64,000 nucleotides of DNA. It comes from an uncultured Actinomycetes bacterium (lineage in GTDB: Bacteria; Actinomycetota; JAICYB01). The first letter of the stretch is position 1; each line of letters opens with the position of its first letter. Below the pieces are notes generated by a model. That model was given only the letters and a program-made list of their open reading frames with translations. It was not told where the DNA came from and did no database searches. The position numbers and the translations under genes are program-made. This document shows positions 55,017 through 63,103 of the stretch, piece by piece. The stretch is taken from NCBI GenBank assembly GCA_963766295.1, contig CAVXYW010000001.1, positions 4,364-68,363 of the forward strand, given 5' to 3'.

Positions 55017-55046
55017 GTGTCGGAGGTTCGAGTCCTCCCGGGGGCG
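54974..55046 (+). tRNA. tRNA-Arg (anticodon CCU)
   Basis: Acceptor GCCCCCG/CGGGGGC, D arm GCTC-AGGGGATA-GAGC, anticodon arm CCGGT-TTCCTAA-ACCGG, T arm GGAGG-TTCGAGT-CCTCC, discriminator G. Confidence 0.9.
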
Positions 55047-55169
55047 CGGGCGGGTCGCTATGCTGGCCTTCGCTAACGGCGATCTGCCGTCAACTTCCCT
55101 CCCCCTAGAACTGATGCAAACGCACGTGTACGGCTGCGACGGTTCTTTCCATCGAGCGGGAGCGCATCT

Positions 55170-56513
55170 GTGACGAACGGTAGGAGTAAGCGAGCGACGA
55201 TCTTTCTCGCAGTGTCGATGACCGTCGCGCTGCTGGCCGCAGCTTGCGGTACGCGGCTGGACGAGAACGACGTCCGGGCCGCTCAGTCGGAGCGAACACA
55301 GCAGACCTTCGATCGCACAGGACGAACCGCCGGCGAGGAAACAACTATCGGCTCAACGACCACCGGCGGCGGCACCTCTGGAGCACCCAACGTGGCCGCC
55401 GGTGACCGCACCGGTATCGATGAAAGCTCGATAAAGGTCGGCGGGATCTTCCCGCTCTCAGGTGGTTTGTCTGCACTGGGACGACCGGTCGAACAGGCTG
55501 CGCGTTCCTACTTCCGGCACGTCAACGACACGGGCGGCATCAACGGACGAAAGGTCGACTTCATCGCCGAGGACGACGCCGCCGATCCGAACCGAACGCG
55601 CAGCGCGGCGGAGAAGCTCGTCAACCAGGACAAGGTCTTCGTGATGGGTCCGTCCTTCACGCCCTTCTCCCCCGACCTGACCGGCTTCCTAGAGGACCGC
55701 GGAGTTCCCTTTATCGGGTTCGACGGCAATACCGTCGACGGCTTCAAGTCGAAGTCGACCATCAGTCTCGGCGCATCGATCCCGCCGCACGCCGAAGTAT
55801 TGGTGCCGTACTGGTACAACAAGACGAAGGCGCAACGCATCGGTATCGTGTACCTCGACGTGCCGCCTGCGCGTGAGTATCTAGAGCACACGCGCGACGT
55901 GATCTGCCCGGAACTCGGGTGTCAGGTAGTCAGAGCTCAGCCCGTCCAATTCACGACGACGGATTACGTTTCGATTTTGCTCGGGATGCAGTCCGCGAAC
56001 GTCAACGGGATATTCATCGTCACCGACCCTGCGTCCGCCGTGAAGCTCCTCATCCAAGCGCGGACGCTGAACTACAAGCCCTCACCAGGGGGTTACCTGG
56101 GACAGCACGGCATCTATCTGGATCTCGTTCCCGAAAGCTGCGGCGCGTTCTGTAACGGGATCCTGGCCCCCACGAGCCTGTTCCCACCGACCGTTTCCAA
56201 TGCGGCAACCAACGAGATGCGCAGGATCGTCGGGACCTACTACCAGGACGTCGAATACGGGTACTTCACCGAGCTCGGTTACGCGTCCGCTCGGTTGTTG
56301 GTAGATCTCATCAGACGTGCCGGCGCGAGCGCCGATCGTGCAAGAGTCCTCGCTACCGCGCGCTCACTTACGTCCTATGACACCGGCGGCTTCACCAATC
56401 CGGACCGGCCGCTCAATCTCACGCCGGGAGTCGAGCATCCGCGCGACATGATCATCGTGCGCATGCAGGGGTCGAAGTGGGTGCAGGACTCCGGCTGGCT
56501 ACCGTCCCGCTGA
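55170..56513 (+). CDS. livK: branched-chain amino acid-type ABC substrate-binding lipoprotein (LivK-like)
   Basis: Lipobox LLAAAC. IKVGGIFPLSGGLSALGRPVEQAARSYFRHVNDTGGINGRKVDFIAEDD is present. Confidence 0.85.
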   Translation: MTNGRSKRATIFLAVSMTVALLAAACGTRLDENDVRAAQSERTQQTFDRTGRTAGEETTIGSTTTGGGTSGAPNVAAGDRTGIDESSIKVGGIFPLSGGLSALGRPVEQAARSYFRHVNDTGGINGRKVDFIAEDDAADPNRTRSAAEKLVNQDKVFVMGPSFTPFSPDLTGFLEDRGVPFIGFDGNTVDGFKSKSTISLGASIPPHAEVLVPYWYNKTKAQRIGIVYLDVPPAREYLEHTRDVICPELGCQVVRAQPVQFTTTDYVSILLGMQSANVNGIFIVTDPASAVKLLIQARTLNYKPSPGGYLGQHGIYLDLVPESCGAFCNGILAPTSLFPPTVSNAATNEMRRIVGTYYQDVEYGYFTELGYASARLLVDLIRRAGASADRARVLATARSLTSYDTGGFTNPDRPLNLTPGVEHPRDMIIVRMQGSKWVQDSGWLPSR

Positions 56514-56514
56514 C

Positions 56515-57399
56515 GTGGACGCACAAACTCTGGGCGAAGCGATACTGCGCGGTGGCGTTACCGGACTGGGCTCCGGCCTTTTTGCCGTCGCTTTGGTGCT
56601 GACGTTCCGGACGACGCGCATCCTGAACTTCGGCTTGGCCGGGATCGCGTCGATCTGCGCCTTCCTGATGTCGACTTTGTGGGGAGCCGGCTCGTGGCCG
56701 GTGATACCGGCACTGCTCGTGGTGTTCGCACTCGGCGCTGCGTTGGGCTTCGGCGGCGAGCGCGTGTTTCGTCCATTGGCGGACGCAACCGTTGTCGTGA
56801 AGGCCGTCGCCGCACTGGGCCTTCTTCTGGTCAGCCAAGCCGCGATCGCACTCATCTGGGGGCCGGGCGAACGCTTCCTTCCGTTGCTGGTCAACAGCAG
56901 CATCGGTTCCGGAGGTCTTCGCATAGCGCATCAACAGCTGCTCGCGGCCTTGGCCACTCTCATCGTCGGTGGCGGGATCGTAGTCTGGACGCGCGCGACG
57001 CGAACGGGCACGGCAACACTTGCTGTGGCTGAAGACGCAGATGCAGCACGACTGCTCGGGGTTCGTCCGCAAAGAGTCGCTGCGTTCGTGTGGACCATCT
57101 CTGGCGCCATTGCGGCAGTCGCCGGCGTGCTGCTGTCCAGCTTCACCGTTCTGAACACGACAGAGATGACTCTTGCCTTGATCGCGGCTTTGGCCGCAGC
57201 ACTGTTAGCCGGATTCGAGTCGATCCCGACCGCCGTGGGCGCTTCGGCTGGAGTGGGTGCGGTCACCGCGGCCGCCGCTTCGTTCCCCGAGCTCGCGCGC
57301 ATATCCGGATTCGTGGAATCCGTCGGCTTCCTCGCGGTCATCGTGGTCGTCCTTGTTCTCAGGCCGCGGCAACTCTCGAACCTCTTGGAGCGCGCGTGA
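56515..57399 (+). CDS. livH: branched-chain amino acid ABC permease (LivH-like)
   Basis: A multi-TM protein with RILNFGLAGIASI and the C-terminal pattern typical of LivH. Confidence 0.8.
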   Translation: MDAQTLGEAILRGGVTGLGSGLFAVALVLTFRTTRILNFGLAGIASICAFLMSTLWGAGSWPVIPALLVVFALGAALGFGGERVFRPLADATVVVKAVAALGLLLVSQAAIALIWGPGERFLPLLVNSSIGSGGLRIAHQQLLAALATLIVGGGIVVWTRATRTGTATLAVAEDADAARLLGVRPQRVAAFVWTISGAIAAVAGVLLSSFTVLNTTEMTLALIAALAAALLAGFESIPTAVGASAGVGAVTAAAASFPELARISGFVESVGFLAVIVVVLVLRPRQLSNLLERA

Positions 57400-59237
57400 T
57401 CCAGAGCTCGGAGATCACAGTGCGCGCGAGTTGGATCAGCCGCGCTTTCCTCGCTGCGGTAGTCGCAGCCGCCGCCTTTCCCCTGATCGGTGAGTATCCG
57501 GCCCTTGTCGGAACCCTCGCTGTGGTCTTCGGGCTCGTAGCGCTGGGGTTCGTGGTCCTGACGGGCTGGGCCGGCCAACTCTCACTCGGTCAAGTCGTTC
57601 CGTACGGCCTGGGTGGTTACGCAGCGGCGTGGCTCGGAGACCAGGTCGGCATCCCGATGGCTCTGGCGATCCCGCTGGCCGCCATCGTTGTCATCCCCGC
57701 CTCTGCTCTCGTCGGTCTTGCCGCCGAAAGACTTCGCGGCCTCGATCTCGCCATCGGTACCTTCGCGCTCGCGCTCGTCTGTCAGTTGCTCGTATTCGGG
57801 AGCCTGGGACGTGCCCTTGTGGACGACACGAGTGGGACGGCTTCCGTCGTGCAGGTCGTTCGTCCGAGTCTGTTCTCGCTCGACCTCGATTCGAATCGAT
57901 CCTTCTACCTGTATGCACTCGTGCTCGGCGCCCTCGCGTACGCCGCGGTCGCCTGGCTCGGCCGCATCGCGACCGGACGTGAGCTTCTGGCTCTCGGTGA
58001 CGATCCGACACGCGCCGCTGTTGCAGGTGTTCCGGTCAACCGTTTGCGCATGTACGCGTTCGTTGTTGCGGGGATGCTCGCATCACTGGCCGGCGGGATC
58101 CTCGCCGCCGCGCGCGAAGCCGTTACTCCCGAGACGTTCACCGCTTTCGAGTCCTTGAATCTGCTCGCCATCGCCGTCGTCGGAGGCTTGAGCACAGTTC
58201 GCGGCGCAGTGATCGCGGGAGCGTTCGGAGCAATTCTTCCCGAGCTCGCGCGCGTCGACCCGTTCCGGTTCTTGCAAGGACGACTTACCCTCGTTTACGG
58301 ACTCGCGTTGGTCCTCGTCTTGCTCGCGCGCCGAGGGGGCCTCGCAGCTGCGATCGGCCTCGACAGGAGGCCAGAACCCGATCTCGCGGGCGGTGAAGAT
58401 CTCGCGCCGGCCGCCGCACCCACCGAACGTGGATCGCTCCTCCGTATCGAAGGCTTACGCGTCGACTACGGCGCCACTCGCGCCGTCGACGACATCACGC
58501 TTCGCATAGCGCCCGGAGAGTTCGTCGCACTGGTTGGCCCGAACGGCGCCGGCAAGTCAAGCGTCTTCGACGTCGCCAGCGGTCTGCTGCTCCCGGCCGC
58601 CGGGCGCGTTTACTTCGACGGAACCGACATCACCGATCACTCGCCCGAAGGCAGAGCCGCGCTGGGACTCGGACGAACGTTCCAAGCCGCACGTGTCTTC
58701 CAATCGTTGTCAGTTGGCGAGAACCTCCTCGTCGCCGCGCATCAATCCGGACGAGCCGTCGCGCACGCCGTTGCCGGCAAGCTCCTCGACCAACTCGACC
58801 TTCGCGAAGTCGAAACGGAGCTGCCCGGCTCCCTTCCCTTCGGTTCCTTACGTCTCTTGGAAGTCGGACTCGCGCTGGCCGGACGTCCCGGGCTGCTGCT
58901 ACTGGACGAACCCGCCGCCGGCCTCGACGGAACCGATCTCGACCGCCTGGCCGAGTTGCTCGAAGACCTCGGCCGCGGCGGCGTATCAGTCTTGCTCGTC
59001 GATCACGACCTCGCTTTCGTCGGCCGGGTAGCACAACGCGTGGTTGTGATGGATCAGGGACGCATCATCGCCGACGACACTCCGCGCAAGGTTGCGTCGA
59101 ACCGCGGAGTGCAGGAAGCGTTCCTCGGAACCACCGCCCGCGAGCTTGCTCCCGTTAAAAAGCGTTCGAGCCGCAAGAAGACAAAGCGACCGGCCAAGCG
59201 AAGTCGTAGAAAGGACCTCACCCGTGCTTCGCGCTGA
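57396..59237 (+). CDS. fused LivM-like permease and LivG-like ATPase with basic C-terminal tail
   Basis: GTG 57396 overlaps the livH stop (GTGA). LTGWAGQLSLGQ (LivM) is followed by GPNGAGKSSVFD and LLLLDEPAAGLD. The tail is VKKRSSRKKTKRPAKRSRRKDLTRASR. Confidence 0.8.
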   Translation: MIQSSEITVRASWISRAFLAAVVAAAAFPLIGEYPALVGTLAVVFGLVALGFVVLTGWAGQLSLGQVVPYGLGGYAAAWLGDQVGIPMALAIPLAAIVVIPASALVGLAAERLRGLDLAIGTFALALVCQLLVFGSLGRALVDDTSGTASVVQVVRPSLFSLDLDSNRSFYLYALVLGALAYAAVAWLGRIATGRELLALGDDPTRAAVAGVPVNRLRMYAFVVAGMLASLAGGILAAAREAVTPETFTAFESLNLLAIAVVGGLSTVRGAVIAGAFGAILPELARVDPFRFLQGRLTLVYGLALVLVLLARRGGLAAAIGLDRRPEPDLAGGEDLAPAAAPTERGSLLRIEGLRVDYGATRAVDDITLRIAPGEFVALVGPNGAGKSSVFDVASGLLLPAAGRVYFDGTDITDHSPEGRAALGLGRTFQAARVFQSLSVGENLLVAAHQSGRAVAHAVAGKLLDQLDLREVETELPGSLPFGSLRLLEVGLALAGRPGLLLLDEPAAGLDGTDLDRLAELLEDLGRGGVSVLLVDHDLAFVGRVAQRVVVMDQGRIIADDTPRKVASNRGVQEAFLGTTARELAPVKKRSSRKKTKRPAKRSRRKDLTRASR

Positions 59238-59919
59238 CAAGGTCGAGGTTCGTTACGGCGCGATCACTGCCGTGCGCGGAGTTTCGCTTCGCGTCGAACA
59301 AGGCGAAGCGCTCGCCGTGCTCGGACCCAACGGCGCAGGCAAGACGAGCTTGCTCCGCGCTGTTTCGGGATCGATACGGCACTCCGGGGCCGTGAAGGTT
59401 GACGGCACCGAGGTAACGTCGCCGGAACGTGCGCTCGCGGCGGGCGTAGCGCATGTTCCGCAGGGCCGGGGATTGTTCCGCCGTTTGACGGTTGCCCAGA
59501 ATGTCGCGCTCGGAGCGGCGGGTTCCCGCCGCATGCAGCGCAACACCTCTATCGCCGAGGCCCTTGAGCGGATACCCGAGCTCGAGGGTTGGTGGGACCG
59601 GCGGGTTGGATCGCTGTCGGGCGGCGAGCAGGTGCTCGTCGCTTTGGGACGGCTCATTTCCCAGCGCCCGCGCTATGCGCTCGTCGACGAGCTGTCGCTG
59701 GGTCTGGCGCCGATCGCACGCGATCGCGTTGAAGGCGAGCTACGGCGTTTGCGCGACGACGGCGTCGGGCTTGTCGTCGTCGACCAGCACGCGCCACGTG
59801 CACTAGCTCTGGCCGACCGCGTTCTCGTGCTTGAACGCGGTTCGGCCGTGATCTCCGATCAGGCACGAAGGATCGGGGCAGATCGAGTGGCAGCGCTCGC
59901 CTTGGGAGTGCGCCGATGA
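59224..59919 (+). CDS. livF: branched-chain amino acid ABC ATP-binding protein (LivF-like)
   Basis: The start is GTG 59224. [24 protein letters not shown] and ALVDELSLGLAP are present. Confidence 0.85.
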   Translation: MLRADKVEVRYGAITAVRGVSLRVEQGEALAVLGPNGAGKTSLLRAVSGSIRHSGAVKVDGTEVTSPERALAAGVAHVPQGRGLFRRLTVAQNVALGAAGSRRMQRNTSIAEALERIPELEGWWDRRVGSLSGGEQVLVALGRLISQRPRYALVDELSLGLAPIARDRVEGELRRLRDDGVGLVVVDQHAPRALALADRVLVLERGSAVISDQARRIGADRVAALALGVRR

Positions 59920-61061
59920 CACGGCTGCACGGACCGCTGCGTACGACAGCAGTCCGGTCCATTTCCGTCCTAAGTGCTCTTTTTCTTGCGTTCGGCTTGC
60001 TTGCCGGCTCCGCACGCGCGCAGGTCGACGTGCCCGATGTCTATGAGTCATCGGCAACGGCGGGCGGTGTCCACGTCGAGATCGCCGTGCCAGCCTTCTT
60101 CGAGGCTTTCGGTCCCTACTCCTTCTCCGAAGCGTCAAACGAGGCGTCGCACAGCTATCAGGCACCGCTTTACATGGGGTTCTTCCTCACGGCGGCCGTA
60201 GAGCAATTCGGCTTCCCGCCACTTCCTGGAACAAGCGAGACTCTCTTCCCTCAGGGGCCGACGGAAGCCGGCACACCGCAGACTCCCGTCGACGCGAACG
60301 GTTTCGAGTCCTCTGGTCGAAGCACGGCGACCGGCGCGTCCGGGTCCGCCGTCGTCACACGCGGAGCAGTAGCTCCCCTGTTCGACATCGGCCTGGGCAA
60401 GGCCGAATCCTCGGTTCAGGCCGATGCCGGCGGCGTCACTGCGAAGTCTTCCCTCGTGTTGGAGGACGTCGGACTGTCCGACGGGCTTTTCTCCATCGAC
60501 CACGTCGTTGGATCGGCTCAGTCCCGCGCGACGGGCAAGTCCGGCGAGGGAACGACGGCGGGAACCATCACGCTCTCCGGAATCCGGCTGGCGGGGATCC
60601 CGATCGACCTTCCCATCGAGAGCCTCCCTACGGGCGACGAGCTTCCACTCGGAGGCATAACGATCGAGCGCCTGGCCGACCAACGAACACTCAGCTCGAA
60701 CGGACAGATCGCCGAGATACATCTGGGCGGGTTCCGCATCACGATCGATCAGCCGGCAGCCGAGTTCAAGTTCAGCGTCACCATCGGCGATCTGATCGCA
60801 CGCTCGCGTGTCGTCGACCTCGCCGATGCGCAACCTGTAGACACATCGGAGGGAACGGTCACCCAGAGCACGGTCGGAGCGACGACCACAACGCCCGTCA
60901 TCCGGCGCACACCGGGCGAGGAGTCGCTGATCACGAGAACCGTCGTAACAACTGCGCCGGTCAAGGGTGGCAACTGGATAGCGATCGCGGCGCTGTCCGC
61001 ACTCGCGGCTCCCTTGTCGCTGATCATCCGTCGTGCGTTTCAAGCAGGACTGCGTCCGTAA
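59916..61061 (+). CDS. hypothetical secreted protein with signal peptide and C-terminal TM anchor
   Basis: An ATGA overlap couples it to the livF stop. The signal peptide is VLSALFLAFGLLAGSARA/QV and the C-terminal TM is WIAIAALSALAAPLSLIIRR. I recognise no family. Confidence 0.55.
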   Translation: MTRLHGPLRTTAVRSISVLSALFLAFGLLAGSARAQVDVPDVYESSATAGGVHVEIAVPAFFEAFGPYSFSEASNEASHSYQAPLYMGFFLTAAVEQFGFPPLPGTSETLFPQGPTEAGTPQTPVDANGFESSGRSTATGASGSAVVTRGAVAPLFDIGLGKAESSVQADAGGVTAKSSLVLEDVGLSDGLFSIDHVVGSAQSRATGKSGEGTTAGTITLSGIRLAGIPIDLPIESLPTGDELPLGGITIERLADQRTLSSNGQIAEIHLGGFRITIDQPAAEFKFSVTIGDLIARSRVVDLADAQPVDTSEGTVTQSTVGATTTTPVIRRTPGEESLITRTVVTTAPVKGGNWIAIAALSALAAPLSLIIRRAFQAGLRP

Positions 61062-61086
61062 ACGTTGAAAGAGAGAGGAGAAAGCG

Positions 61087-61419
61087 ATGCAGGAGTTCTT
61101 TAGCAAGCTCGACCGCAGGCAGGCTCTGGCCTGGGGGTTCATCGTCGCCGGCGTTGTCGTTGGATTGATCGGCTGGATCGGCGTCAGTGGGCGCGACATC
61201 GAGGCACTCCAGCTTCCGTATCTGGCCAGCGGTGCTGTGGGGGCTCTGGTGCTGACGGCGATCGGGGCCGCGTTGTTGATCTCGTCCGACGTCCGCGCCG
61301 ATCGCGAACGCGCCGGACGCCTGGAGGCTGAAGTCTTGGAGCTGCAGGATCTCGTGCGTCGCCTGTCGGACCAGATCGAGGGACGACCGGCTACTCGCAG
61401 GCGGCGACGCGCGGGTTAG
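61087..61419 (+). CDS. small two-TM membrane protein with C-terminal coiled-coil-like helix
   Basis: An SD (GAGAGGAG) precedes the gene. The TMs are WGFIVAGVVVGLIGWIGV and GAVGALVLTAIGAALLI, followed by RLEAEVLELQDLVRRLSDQIE. Confidence 0.5.
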   Translation: MQEFFSKLDRRQALAWGFIVAGVVVGLIGWIGVSGRDIEALQLPYLASGAVGALVLTAIGAALLISSDVRADRERAGRLEAEVLELQDLVRRLSDQIEGRPATRRRRRAG

Positions 61420-62378
61420 AGCTCTCCGCCGTTCTCCAGCCAGTCACGGGCTCCTGCTTGTGGAACCGCTCGAGTCACGGCTTGCTCGTACAGCTCGAGC
61501 TCACCGGCGCTGAACGTGTCGATCCAGCGCCCGTTCGTTCCCTTGTTGACGAAGGTTTGGGAGCCACCTTCGAAAGCGAAGTTCGTCTCGGGCAGCAGAC
61601 GATCGGCGTCGGCCTTCATCGACCCAAACGACGCCGCCTCGACAAGTGACGGCCAGACTTCCTCGGGTATGTCGAAGCCTGCGAACGCCGCAACTTCTCG
61701 CATCTTCCCCTCGAGATCCCTCTTCATGTCGTTGTAGTGGACCAGCAGCACGTTCGGAAGATCCCTGTAAGGCCAGAAGGACATGAAGTGATGGTGGTGC
61801 GACCAGAACGGATACCCGTCCGATTCCCAAGAAAAGTCTGACCGCGTCATGTAGTCGCGCCAGAACTCATGGATGTCGTCCGGACATCGAGGGCACGGTC
61901 CGCCAACCGGATCGTTCATGGCCAGGAGGTCGTAGGTGAATTGCGTATAGGACCCGTAGTGGTTCCAGAGCGACATGAAAACGTCGCGTGTATCCCGGAC
62001 GACACAGATGTATCTGACGCTTTCGTGGTACGGCAGGGCATCGAGCGGAAGATGACTCTTGAGGAACCGCCGATGCTCCATCGCTTCGATGCGTTCGTGC
62101 AAAAGATCGCTCGGCTCCTGGAAACGTGCATCGACCCACGGCGAAACTTGCCAGAGCGTCGTCGGCAGGTCGCCGGTTCCGAAAACGAACAGGCTGAAGA
62201 TGCGCTGCATCCATGTAGTGCCGGCCTTGATCGACGTAGAGATGACTACGTCGGTGTCGCGCGGTTTGAACGCGTCCCAGCGCGTCGAATCCAGATGGTG
62301 GTTCTGATAGACACGCGTTCTCTCCGGACGTGTAGCCGGAGGTGTTGCGGACTCTCTACCGGTGTCCGTTGCGCTCAA
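61416..62378 (-). CDS. PAPS-dependent sulfotransferase (Sulfotransfer_1 type)
   Basis: The 5'-PSB motif is STSIKAGTTWMQRI. YICVVRDTRDVFMSLWNH (3'-PB region) and LLVHYNDMKRD are present. Confidence 0.8.
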   Translation of the reverse strand: MSATDTGRESATPPATRPERTRVYQNHHLDSTRWDAFKPRDTDVVISTSIKAGTTWMQRIFSLFVFGTGDLPTTLWQVSPWVDARFQEPSDLLHERIEAMEHRRFLKSHLPLDALPYHESVRYICVVRDTRDVFMSLWNHYGSYTQFTYDLLAMNDPVGGPCPRCPDDIHEFWRDYMTRSDFSWESDGYPFWSHHHHFMSFWPYRDLPNVLLVHYNDMKRDLEGKMREVAAFAGFDIPEEVWPSLVEAASFGSMKADADRLLPETNFAFEGGSQTFVNKGTNGRWIDTFSAGELELYEQAVTRAVPQAGARDWLENGGEL

Positions 62379-63036
62379 CAGCGTCGCGCGCGACCTGCGA
62401 GTAAACGCTCGGTCCTGTGATCTTCAAGGTCGGGCCGGTTTCGACCAACGGCCCGGGCTCGGTCGGTTCTTCATCTGACGGCGAGGCCGGCTGTTCGGTG
62501 AGAACCGACTTGTGGACGATCACCAGCTCGTCGGCAAGCTCGATGCCGTCGTGCCCTTCGCGGCGCGCACGCACGAGCTTGCGAAGCAGGTACACGGGCA
62601 GCTGCCTGCTGCGCACGCCCCAGCGCCGCGCGAGGAGGGTAAGGCCATAGCCGAACTCGAGCAGCGAGACGCCCGAGAGCGCCATTACGTTCGTTGCCGC
62701 GCCTGTTTCCGTCAGCTGACCGGACGGGGTGGCGGAAGGGCTAACGCTCGGAGCCGGCGTGGCCGTCGCTGTTCCACCGGCCGACCGAAGGCCCTCGCAC
62801 GGCGTTCCGTCTCCGTCGGTGTCCAGGCCGAAGGGGTCCGGGTTGTTTGGGTCGTCGTCCTTGTGGTCGTCGTAGTACGTCTGCGCTTCTTCGGTGGTGT
62901 CGAAGGACGTGCAGTCGATGGCTCCGGTCGGCGATGCCGTCTGCGCCCAGGCACTCGGACCGGCGAGCCAAAGCAACGCGATCGTGCCCAGTACGGCCGA
63001 AAGTCTTCCCGCCCAACGCATCGTGCGCCCCGTCAC
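62356..63036 (-). CDS. secreted Excalibur-domain protein with internal LTETG/TM segment and ~80-aa C-terminal tail
   Basis: The signal peptide is RLSAVLGTIALLWLAGPSAWA. CTSFDTTEEAQTYYDDHKDDDPNNPDPFGLDTDGDGTPCE is Excalibur-like. QLTETG (62701-62715), a hydrophobic stretch and RRWGVRSR follow, and then 82 further residues. Confidence 0.6.
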   Translation of the reverse strand: MTGRTMRWAGRLSAVLGTIALLWLAGPSAWAQTASPTGAIDCTSFDTTEEAQTYYDDHKDDDPNNPDPFGLDTDGDGTPCEGLRSAGGTATATPAPSVSPSATPSGQLTETGAATNVMALSGVSLLEFGYGLTLLARRWGVRSRQLPVYLLRKLVRARREGHDGIELADELVIVHKSVLTEQPASPSDEEPTEPGPLVETGPTLKITGPSVYSQVARDAVERNGHR

Positions 63037-63103
63037 CTTTGTTTACGGAAGTCCTATTGACATTACAGAACCCAACTGACCCCAACAAATCTATCGGATG
63101 CGG

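Noticed and set aside
60135-61199. 354-aa minus-strand ORF
   Set aside because: It lies antisense to the signal-peptide-bearing plus-strand gene that is ATGA-coupled to livF. It is Arg-rich and has no motifs.
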